A DNA stretch of 64,000 nt from Candidatus Gastranaerophilales bacterium (GTDB lineage Bacteria > Cyanobacteriota > Vampirovibrionia > Gastranaerophilales > CAJFVJ01). The stretch covers positions 66,437 to 130,436 of the forward strand of contig CALUSR010000001.1 of NCBI GenBank assembly GCA_944323485.1, given 5' to 3'. The notes under the pieces were generated by a model. The model had not been told where the DNA came from, did not search any database, and worked only from the letters and a program-made list of their open reading frames with translations. The translations under genes and the position numbers were made by a program. Each line of letters starts with the position of its first letter. Positions within the stretch are counted from its first letter, which is position 1. Shown here in pieces: positions 19,221 to 28,079 of the stretch.

Positions 19221-19317
19221 AAGTTATTCTATTTTAACATCTTTTGACCGCAACAACATGAAATGTATAAAACGGATTTATCAAAAAATAAAGCAAATTT
19301 CATGGTAGAATTGCATC

Positions 19318-21999
19318 ATGAATACAAAAAACTCTGACGTTAAAATAAGAAATTCAATTAAAGAATTTGTCGAATACTGGAAAGATAAAGGCTACGAAAA
19401 AGGCGAAAGCCAAAAGTTCTGGCTTCAACTCTTGAGAGATGTCTTATGTATCGAACATCCGGAACAGTTCATTTCTTTTGAGGATAAAGTTCTCCTCGAC
19501 CATACAAGTTTTATTGACGCTTATATCCCTTCTACAAAAGTCTTAATTGAACAAAAAAGCTCTGATAAAGATTTAAATAAGGCTATAAAACAATCTGACG
19601 GCAGTTACCTGAACCCGTTTCAACAGGCAAAAAGATATATATCAGAACTTCCGCTTTCACAACACCCCAGATGGGTGGTAACATGCAATTTCCAAAAATT
19701 TCGTGTCTATGATATGGAACGCCCGAACGGTGAACCTCAGGAAATCTTATTGAAAGATTTGGAAAAAGAGTACTACAGACTCTCCTTTCTTGTAAACAGC
19801 GGAAGCGAACACCTGAAAAAAGAAATGGAAGTATCAATACAGGCAGGCAATATCGTCGGACTTCTTTATGATGCACTTTTGAATCAATATATTGATAAAA
19901 CAAGCGAAAAAACTCTCAAAAGTTTGAACATTCTCTGCGTCAGACTCGTTTTTTGTCTGTATGCGGAAGATGCCGGAATATTCCCGAAACATAACCAGTT
20001 TCTTGATTACCTCTCTCTCTTTGAAACAAACAGGATGAGAAAAGCCCTAATCGAACTGTTCGAAGTGCTAAACACAAAACCTGAAGAAAGAGACCCTTAT
20101 CTGGAACAGGAACTTGCTGCATTCCCCTACGTAAACGGCGGATTGTTTGCTGATGAACACATCGAAATCCCGAATTTCACGGACAAAATTCGAGATTTGC
20201 TCCTGAATAAAGCCAGCGCCGATTTTGACTGGTCAGAAATAAGCCCTACAATTTTCGGAGCGGTTTTTGAAAGTACCCTGAATCCTGAAACGAGAAGAAA
20301 AGGAGGAATGCACTACACCTCAATCGAAAATATACACAAAGTCATTGACCCGCTCTTTATGGATGAGCTCACTTCCGAATTTGAAGAAATCAAAAACTCC
20401 CCCCATGGAAAACTTCGGGATAAAAAACTTACAAGCTTTCAGGACAAACTTGCCTCATTAAATTTTCTTGACCCTGCCTGCGGCAGCGGGAATTTTTTGA
20501 CCGAAACTTATATTTCTCTGCGTAAACTCGAAAACGAAATTTTGTTCGAACTGCAAAAAGGTCAAATAACAATAGGACTTGTTACAAATCCCATAAAAGT
20601 TTCTATCTCCCAATTTTTCGGCATTGAGCTTAATGACTTTGCCGTAACTGTCGCCAAAACAGCTCTCTGGATTGCAGAATCCCAGATGATGAAGAAAACT
20701 GAAGACATTGTCCATATGGATTTGGATTTTCTGCCGCTAAAAACCTACGCTAATATTGTTGAATGTAATGCTTTGCGAATAAATTGGGAAGATGTCATTC
20801 CGAAAGACAAACTCAACTACATCATGGGCAACCCGCCGTTTGTGGGGTATTCTTTACAAACAAAAGAACAAAAAGAAGATATTATCTCAATTTATGTTGA
20901 TGAAAATGGCAAATCTTACAAAACTTCAGGTAAAATAGACTATGTTGCAGGCTGGTATTTTAAATCTTCAGAACTGATGCAAAACTCAAATATAAAAACA
21001 GCGCTTGTTTCAACAAACTCTATTACTCAGGGAGAGCAGGTTGCAGGTGTTTGGAAACCGTTGTTTGACAGATTTAATATCCATATTGATTTTGCACACA
21101 GAACTTTTAGATGGGATAGTGAATCAAATTCAAAAGCTCATGTCCATTGCGTGATTGTAGGTTTTAGCTGCACACCAAACAGAAATAAAAGAAAATTGTA
21201 TACAAATGAACGCATGCAGCTTGTTGATAATATTAATGCATATTTGATTGATGCACCGAATGTTTTTATAGAAAGCAAAAATCAACCGATATGTAATGTT
21301 CCCAAAATGACAACAGGCAACCGTCCTGCTGACGGAGGTCATCTTATAATAGAAGCCGAAGATTATGAGGAATTTATAAAAAAAGAGCCAAAAGCAAAAC
21401 AGTATATTAAACGCCTAACCGGAGCATTAGAGTTTATAAACAACAAACCTCGTTATTGTTTATGGCTTGTGGGAATAACTCCAAACGAATTAAGAGCAAT
21501 GCCAGAAGTTCTAAAAAGAGTCGAAGCATGTAAAGAAGACAGACTAAATGGAGCCGAGGACAGACAAAAACTGGCAGCTACTCCCTGGTTGTTCAGAGAG
21601 ACTAATTGTCCGAAATCATATATTATAGTTCCGGCAACATCTTCAGAAAATAGAAAATATATTCCTATGGGATTTCTAGATAATAATACAATAGCCACAA
21701 ATGCTGCAATTATCATACCAAATGCAGATAAATATTATTTTGGAATTTTGGAATCAAACGTACACATGGCATGGACAAAAGCTGTATGTGGCAGATTAAA
21801 GAGCGATTACCGTTATTCAAAAGATATTGTTTACAACAACTTTCCATGGTGCACCCCGACAGATGAGCAAAAAGCAAAAATCGAAAAAACTGCACAGGGA
21901 ATTTTGGACGCACGTGCCTTATACCCTGATTGCTCGCTTGCTGATTTGTATGATGAACTCACAATGCCTCCTGAACTCAGAAAAGCACATCAAGTGTAA
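19318..21999 (+). pseudogene. MmeI-family type IIL/IIG restriction-modification enzyme, 5' portion; C-terminal 44 codons displaced by an insertion
   Basis: N-terminal PD-(D/E)xK (FIDAYIPSTKVLIEQK), SAM motif LDPACGSGNFL and catalytic GNPPFVG. The frame reads ...ELRKAHQ, then V-stop inside foreign DNA. The in-frame continuation ENDKAVMEAYGF... is at 36692 onwards. Confidence 0.8.
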
Positions 22000-22043
22000 A
22001 GTGACACCAAATTTGAGAAAAAGTGACAGGGGAGTTTGAGAAA
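21998..22043 (+). repeat. tandem sub-terminal repeats (putative transposase binding sites), left end
   Basis: AAGTGACACCAAATTTGAGAAA is followed directly by AAGTGACAGGGGAGTTTGAGAAA. The shared parts are AAGTGACA and TTTGAGAAA. Confidence 0.5.
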
Positions 22044-22094
22044 AATAATACCCTTATATGTATTTGCTCATCCATAATTTATTTAATTTGTTTG

Positions 22095-22103
22095 TGCTAC
22101 AAT
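22095..22103 (+). promoter_or_regulatory. candidate extended -10 promoter element for the cargo operon
   Basis: TGCTACAAT (TGnTAnAAT) lies about 20 nt upstream of the AAGGAG SD and the ATG at 22124. Confidence 0.3.
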
Positions 22104-22123
22104 CTTAAAAAAGGAGTTAATCA

Positions 22124-22711
22124 ATGAAGTTAAATTCAGTAGATATTATTCTTTTACTTTTGTATAGCCCAGGTTACACTGACATGATTAACGAACCGAT
22201 AGATGGGCGAACAAAAATTACTAAAATGTTGTTTTTATTTGAAAAAGAGTTAGCTAAAAAGTTTAAATTAGATAAATTAACGGGAAATGAAGATATTTTT
22301 CGATTTACAGCATGGAACTTCGGTCCTATGTCAACAACGATATTTAAAAATTTAGATTTTTTAAAAAACATTGGCTTTGTAGAAAGCACTTATGCGACTT
22401 CTTATAGTGTTACCGCAGAAGAAGTAAGTGAATATAATCATTATTGCAATGAGTTAATTGAAAACGAAAATAATATAACAGAGTATAAAAGTGAGAAATT
22501 TTGTCTTACTGCAAAAGGAATAAAATTTATTGATGATAAGGGCAAATATCGTTTATTATCAGATAATCAAAAAAAATATTTAAGAGAGTTTAAATCTAAG
22601 CTCAATGGTGCAAATTTGAGAGATATTTTACGATATGTCTATATGACATATCCAAATTATACAGAAAAATCGATAATTAAAAATGAGGTGTTGGGAGATA
22701 ATGATGTCTGA
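22124..22711 (+). CDS. SocA/Panacea (YwgA-like, DUF4065) domain protein, candidate antitoxin
   Basis: 195 aa. GRTKITKMLFLFEKE...FRFTAWNFGPMSTTIFKNLDFL matches the Panacea pattern (K.QKLLYL...F.AW..GPV...vY). AAGGAG SD. Confidence 0.5.
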   Translation: MKLNSVDIILLLLYSPGYTDMINEPIDGRTKITKMLFLFEKELAKKFKLDKLTGNEDIFRFTAWNFGPMSTTIFKNLDFLKNIGFVESTYATSYSVTAEEVSEYNHYCNELIENENNITEYKSEKFCLTAKGIKFIDDKGKYRLLSDNQKKYLREFKSKLNGANLRDILRYVYMTYPNYTEKSIIKNEVLGDNDV

Positions 22712-23276
22712 TTTACAAATTGTGCCAGTAGTTTATCCTATAATTTCAGGGGTTCTTACTTTAGGAATATCATTATTCAGTTTATTTTCTCCATTTGTTG
22801 GTACAGAAATAGAGTTTACAAAAGATGCAAATTGGTATCTTTCCAAATTACAAGGTATGCGTATAGACAAATTAAAAAGGTTTATTTCTGAAGTTTTAAA
22901 TTTAAAAGTCGCAGAAGATAATTCCGAAGATAATAGAATGCCTTATGTTGTAGATATATATGAGTATTTCTCTACAGACATGGAAGAAATTATCCATCTT
23001 GAAAATAAAATAAAGCATTTTCTCAATAAATATAGAATAACAATGACTTCTTTTATGATTGTTCTATGGTTGTCCGTTACGTCAATTATTATTAGTTTAA
23101 TATTTAAACAAATAATAAAGTTAAATATTTTTTTAAATTACATTTTTTATTTTGCCATATTATTAGTATTAGTACAACTATTTAATATTATATATCTTCG
23201 TTACTTGTTTATAAATTCTCAAAATACGTATCAATTGCACATTTTTAGAGGAAAAGAAAAATGGAATATGAAATAG
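22701..23276 (+). CDS. three-TM membrane protein, candidate toxin/effector
   Basis: Start at the ATG at 22701 (GGGAGA SD), overlapping the upstream stop by 11 nt. One N-terminal TM (VVYPIISGVLTLGISLFSLF) and two C-terminal TMs (FMIVLWLSVTSIIISLIF; IFYFAILLVLVQLFNIIYL). Confidence 0.5.
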   Translation: MMSDLQIVPVVYPIISGVLTLGISLFSLFSPFVGTEIEFTKDANWYLSKLQGMRIDKLKRFISEVLNLKVAEDNSEDNRMPYVVDIYEYFSTDMEEIIHLENKIKHFLNKYRITMTSFMIVLWLSVTSIIISLIFKQIIKLNIFLNYIFYFAILLVLVQLFNIIYLRYLFINSQNTYQLHIFRGKEKWNMK

Positions 23277-23695
23277 ATATGGTTAATAAAGCAATTAAAT
23301 TTTATACTAATTTAGGATATAAAGTTTGTACAGAAGTTCCATTTTTACATCGTTCTATTGATTTAGTATATGAAAATAATGGGCAGTTAAATTCTGTTGA
23401 ATTTAAAAGAAGGGACTGGAAAAGAGCTTATGCACAAGCAAAAACACATATTTATGGATCAGATAAGGTTTATGTATGCATATTAAAGCCGTCAAAAGGT
23501 ATATCGCAAGAACTTAAAGATTATTTTAAGGATAGCCCGATAGGTCTATTAGTTTTTGATGAAACAAATACAAATTCTTTAATAGAAGAAATTTTTCCAG
23601 CTTCTAATGAACATAAAAAATGGAATATAGGTCAACAATGGTTAAAAAAAGCTTTTAACAAAAGACTCGAGGAGGAATTATGCCACAACAGTTAA
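23261..23695 (+). CDS. small PD-(D/E)xK nuclease-fold protein
   Basis: 144 aa. TEVPF...SIDLVYENNGQLNSVEFK gives an E...D-x13-E-x-K arrangement. GAGGAAAAG SD. 16-nt overlap with the upstream gene. Confidence 0.45.
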   Translation: MEYEIDMVNKAIKFYTNLGYKVCTEVPFLHRSIDLVYENNGQLNSVEFKRRDWKRAYAQAKTHIYGSDKVYVCILKPSKGISQELKDYFKDSPIGLLVFDETNTNSLIEEIFPASNEHKKWNIGQQWLKKAFNKRLEEELCHNS

Positions 23696-25065
23696 AGCAT
23701 TTAATGCGATTAGGTACTCATGGTGAAAAAAAATATTTTAAAGATTTTAAAGAATATTATGATGCGGTAATCATTAATGCAAGCATGATTGCTCATACTG
23801 TTAATTCAATGTCTACTTTTTTAGGTTGTGAACTTTCAAAACCATTTATCATTGATCCTCAAACATATGCGTTTCAATCATATACGCATCTATTACAACA
23901 AAGTAAAAACAAAAAAGATATTTCAGATGTTAAAGTAAAAAAATCTTTTTGCACTTTAATAGAAAACTATGGCGAAATGTTAAAAAAGATTATATTTGAT
24001 GAAAAACGCTCTATTAAAAGTTCTGATTTTAAGAATGATGATAACCAAAATTTGAAAGATTTTTGTAAAAATGTTTTAAAATATCAATTAGAAACAATCA
24101 CATCAGAAACACAAAATAATTCAGAATATAGTGAATATATTGAATATGAAATTGAAAATTGCAAAGATAATTTATCTTTAACTTTAGTCCCTGCTTTTTT
24201 AATTGCTCCATATTTTTATATGACACCTAATACATATTCGGATTGGATTGATATAAATATAGATGCTATAAATATTTCAAAAGAATTAAATTCCAAAGAT
24301 ATTGAAATTTATGCACAAATTGTAATTGATAAAGATATATTGTTAGATGATAGTAAAATTGAAGAATTGTGTGATAAATATAATTCATCAAGTGCGGAAG
24401 GATTTCTTATTTGGTTAGATAAATTTGATGAAAAAGAAGTAAGTGAAATTTATCTTGAAAAATTTATTAATTTTTTAAAATTATTGAAATGCAATGGAAA
24501 ACCGATATATCAAGTTTATGGTAGTTATTTTTCTATTGTTTTGACAAAAGATATACTTTCAGGAGTTTGTCATGGTATGGAATATGGTGAAAATAGAGAT
24601 GTTTATCCTGTAGGTGGCGGGATTCCTGTTTCGAAATTTTATTATCCAGCATTACACAAACGTTTATTATATCGTGATGCTTTAGATTTATTATTGAGAA
24701 ATGGATATTTGGAAGATTTAGAGGTTTACAATTCTAATGTATGTAATTGCAAAAATTGTCAAGAAATTATTAATACTCCAATTGAAGATTTTTCAAAATA
24801 TGGTGATGTTAATTCAACAACATTTAAACGAAAATCAGGCAATAGAGAATCTACTGTAACAATGGATTATCCAACTAATGATGCTAAAGATCTATGTTTA
24901 AGACATTATTTATACAATAAAATTACAGAATATAAATATGTTGAAAGCAAAAGTTATTCAGATTGTGCCGAAGATTTAATTCAATCATATAATAAGTACT
25001 ACGATTATTTAGGAGACAATGTTGATTATTTGAAGACTTGGCATAATATAATATTAAAAATTTAA
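23680..25065 (+). CDS. 461-aa unknown protein with tRNA-guanine transglycosylase/DpdA-like motifs (tentative)
   Basis: PFIIDPQTYAFQ (cf. TGT TDSGGFQ), GVCHGMEYGENRD (cf. GVDMFDCVMPTRN), CNCKNC (CxCxxC zinc motif) and a downstream LRHYL (cf. YLHHL). GAGGAGG SD. 16-nt overlap with the upstream gene. Confidence 0.3.
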   Translation: MPQQLKHLMRLGTHGEKKYFKDFKEYYDAVIINASMIAHTVNSMSTFLGCELSKPFIIDPQTYAFQSYTHLLQQSKNKKDISDVKVKKSFCTLIENYGEMLKKIIFDEKRSIKSSDFKNDDNQNLKDFCKNVLKYQLETITSETQNNSEYSEYIEYEIENCKDNLSLTLVPAFLIAPYFYMTPNTYSDWIDINIDAINISKELNSKDIEIYAQIVIDKDILLDDSKIEELCDKYNSSSAEGFLIWLDKFDEKEVSEIYLEKFINFLKLLKCNGKPIYQVYGSYFSIVLTKDILSGVCHGMEYGENRDVYPVGGGIPVSKFYYPALHKRLLYRDALDLLLRNGYLEDLEVYNSNVCNCKNCQEIINTPIEDFSKYGDVNSTTFKRKSGNRESTVTMDYPTNDAKDLCLRHYLYNKITEYKYVESKSYSDCAEDLIQSYNKYYDYLGDNVDYLKTWHNIILKI

Positions 25066-25068
25066 AGT

Positions 25069-26229
25069 ATGATGAAAAAAAATAAAAAATTAAGAGTATT
25101 TGAAGCTTTTGCAGGATATGGTAGTCAACGAATGGCTCTTCGTAATATTGGTATTCCTTTTGAAATAGTTGGAATTTCCGAAATTGAAGGAGAAGTTATT
25201 CGCTCTTATGCTGCTATTCATACTGATTTTTTAGAAAAAAGAAAAAATTTAGATAAATTTGTTAATCTTGATAAAGAAGAACTAATTGCTTTTTTAAAAA
25301 AACTCAATGTTCCGCTTGATTATAAAACATTTGTAAATAGAGCTCCTAAAATGAAAATAGAGCAGCTCAAAGAAATGTATCTTGCAAATAAATTAATTAA
25401 TAACTTTGGTGATATTACAAAAATTGATCCTGAAAAATTACCAGATTTTGATTTGTTTACATATTCTTTCCCTTGTCAAGATATCTCTGTTGCAGGATAC
25501 CAAAATGGTTTAAATGAAAGCTCCGGAACCAGATCTTCGTTGTTATGGGAATGTTGCAAAATCATAGAGGCAAAAAAACCTAGATATTTAATGATGGAAA
25601 ATGTTAAAAATCTAGTGGGCTGTAATCACAAAGCAAACTTTTTGAAGTTTTTAAGATATCTTGAAACTATTGGATATAAAAACAGATGGGCTGTTTTAAA
25701 TGCAAAAGATTATGGCACTCCACAACATCGAGAAAGAGTTTTTTGTATAAGTATTTTAGATGAAATGAATTATTTTAGATTTCCTAAGCCAGAACCCTTA
25801 ACAACAAAGTTAGCAGATATTTTGGAACAAGATGTTAATGAAAATTTCTACTTAAAAAATAATCAATTCATGGATTGCCCTATAGTACAAGATTATAGTT
25901 ATTGTATAGATTCCAACTATTGGAAAGGCTCTACATTAAGTAGTTTTTTAGAAAAACGCAGACGTCAATTAGTTACAGATAAAATTAATGAATATGGTGA
26001 ATATATGGTACGTCGTTTAACTCCGCATGAAGCTTGGAGATTAATGGGTGTATCTGATGAAGATTTTCACAAAGTTTCTTCTATAATGAGTAATACTAGT
26101 TTATATAAGCAGGCTGGAAATAGCATTGTAGTAAGTGTTTTAGAACGTATTTTTGCTAATTTATTTATTAATTACGATACAACTATACAAGACCCAGATT
26201 TTGCAGTACAATTACCTTTATTTAACTAA
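25069..26229 (+). CDS. DNA (cytosine-5)-methyltransferase
   Basis: Motifs FEAFAGYGS (I), SFPCQDIS (IV), ENVKNL (VI), QHRERVF (VIII) and GNSIVV (X). Confidence 0.9.
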   Translation: MMKKNKKLRVFEAFAGYGSQRMALRNIGIPFEIVGISEIEGEVIRSYAAIHTDFLEKRKNLDKFVNLDKEELIAFLKKLNVPLDYKTFVNRAPKMKIEQLKEMYLANKLINNFGDITKIDPEKLPDFDLFTYSFPCQDISVAGYQNGLNESSGTRSSLLWECCKIIEAKKPRYLMMENVKNLVGCNHKANFLKFLRYLETIGYKNRWAVLNAKDYGTPQHRERVFCISILDEMNYFRFPKPEPLTTKLADILEQDVNENFYLKNNQFMDCPIVQDYSYCIDSNYWKGSTLSSFLEKRRRQLVTDKINEYGEYMVRRLTPHEAWRLMGVSDEDFHKVSSIMSNTSLYKQAGNSIVVSVLERIFANLFINYDTTIQDPDFAVQLPLFN

Positions 26230-26248
26230 ATTTTAATAGAGGTATTTG

Positions 26249-27058
26249 ATGACTGCAAAAGAAGATATCATAGAATTGTTCCATAAAAACGTAAAAGGCA
26301 AAAGACCGAATGTCGAAGGAACAAATGAAAGACACGATGGTAGACAAGGACAATGGCTAGAACATCAATTTGGTATTCATTCTAATGACTATAATGCAGC
26401 TGACTTATGGGGATATGAGTTAAAAAATGAAACGACATCCAAAACAACATTTGGAGATTGGTCAGCAAATGAATATGTTTTTAATAATCCGGAATACCGT
26501 GATTATTTTGCAGGCACTAGTAAATTTGAAAAAAGAGAAGATTTTTTAAGAATATTTGGTAAACCTAATGAAGAAAAAGGTGGAAGATGTTCTTGGTCTG
26601 GTTCTCCTTGTCCCAAAATCAAATGCTTTAATGATTTTGGACAAAAACTTGTTATTGATAAGAATAAAGATATTTTGGCTATATACTCATACAGTCAAGA
26701 TAAAAGAATAAACAAAGCTGAAATAGTACCCAAAAGTTTGCAGTTAGAAGAATTAGTGTTAGCACGTTGGTACGGTGAAATATCACCAACTACTAAAAAA
26801 AGAGATAAATGTTTAAAAGCCAAATTAGAAGATAAATTTAATGATAAAGGTTGGTTTACATGTAAAACAGATGCGACGGGATGTTATTGTAAAATCTGTT
26901 TTGGCAAACCAATGAATTATGACGAATGGTTGGAGCTAGTAAAACAAGGAATTGTATTCTTTGATAGTGGTATGTATCAAGGCAACAAAAGACCTTATTC
27001 ACAGTGGCGTGCAAATAACAATTTTTGGGATAGTTTAATAGAAGAAACTTATGAATAA
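26249..27058 (+). CDS. type II restriction endonuclease (PD-(D/E)xK, MvaI/BcnI- or ScrFI-like)
   Basis: About 270 aa, located between two m5C MTase genes. GQWLEHQFGI...AADLWGYELK carries a D-x5-E-x-K catalytic motif similar to MvaI/BcnI-type enzymes. Confidence 0.55.
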   Translation: MTAKEDIIELFHKNVKGKRPNVEGTNERHDGRQGQWLEHQFGIHSNDYNAADLWGYELKNETTSKTTFGDWSANEYVFNNPEYRDYFAGTSKFEKREDFLRIFGKPNEEKGGRCSWSGSPCPKIKCFNDFGQKLVIDKNKDILAIYSYSQDKRINKAEIVPKSLQLEELVLARWYGEISPTTKKRDKCLKAKLEDKFNDKGWFTCKTDATGCYCKICFGKPMNYDEWLELVKQGIVFFDSGMYQGNKRPYSQWRANNNFWDSLIEETYE

Positions 27059-27131
27059 ATTGTGTCGATGTGATAAAAAAATATGCTTAATATAATAGCT
27101 TATTGCTCTTTCTTATGCTAATATTCAAGGT

Positions 27132-28079
27132 ATGAAATCAAAAAAGAAAGTAAAAATAATTGATTTGTTTGCAGGAATCGGTGGAATTAGACTTGGTTTT
27201 GAACAAGCTTTTAATGGAAATGTAGAATGCGTATTTACAAGCGAAATTGATAAATATGCGGTACAAACATACATTGAAAACTTTGGGTCAGACAATATTT
27301 ATGGAGATATAACTCAAATATCAGAAAAAGATGTTCCAGATCACGACATTTTACTTGCAGGGTTTCCTTGTCAACCATTTTCTCAAGCTGGTTTAAAAAA
27401 GGGATTTAATGACACTAGAGGAACATTATTTTTTGATATTGAAAGAATTTTACTTGAAAAGAAGCCAAAAGCTTTCTTGTTAGAAAATGTCAAACAGTTA
27501 AAAGGGCACGATAAGGGAAATACTTTAAAAGTTATACTTGAACACTTGCATAATGCAGGATATAAAACTTTTGTGAAAGTTCTTGCAGCGAAAGACTTTG
27601 GAGTTCCACAAAATCGTGAACGTATATATATTGTTGGATTCCTAGATAATAGTATAAATTTTGAATTTCCAGAACCAACATTAAAAGAAACTAAAGTTGG
27701 AAATATATTAGAAAATAATCCTGATGATAAATATACAATCTCTGATAAATTATGGGCTGGACATCAAAGAAGAAAATTAATGCATAAAGAAAAAGGGAAT
27801 GGTTTTGGATATGGATTATTTAATGCAAATAGTCCTTATACTAATACTATTTCAGCACGTTACTATAAGGATGGCAGTGAAATTTTAATAGAGCAAGATG
27901 GGAAAAACCCACGGAAATTAACCCCAAGAGAGGCCGCAAGATTGCAAGGATTCCCAGAAGAATATAAAATTACAGCTGTATCAGACAATCAATTATACAA
28001 ACAATTTGGTAATAGTGTATGTGTTCCAGTTATAGAAAAAATTGCTGAAAGAATAAAAGTTAATCTTGAGCAAGATTAG
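27132..28079 (+). CDS. DNA (cytosine-5)-methyltransferase (M.HhaI-like core)
   Basis: DLFAGIGG, GFPCQPFSQAG, TRGTLFFDI, ENVKQL, QNRERIYIVG and QFGNSVCVPV. Confidence 0.9.
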   Translation: MKSKKKVKIIDLFAGIGGIRLGFEQAFNGNVECVFTSEIDKYAVQTYIENFGSDNIYGDITQISEKDVPDHDILLAGFPCQPFSQAGLKKGFNDTRGTLFFDIERILLEKKPKAFLLENVKQLKGHDKGNTLKVILEHLHNAGYKTFVKVLAAKDFGVPQNRERIYIVGFLDNSINFEFPEPTLKETKVGNILENNPDDKYTISDKLWAGHQRRKLMHKEKGNGFGYGLFNANSPYTNTISARYYKDGSEILIEQDGKNPRKLTPREAARLQGFPEEYKITAVSDNQLYKQFGNSVCVPVIEKIAERIKVNLEQD

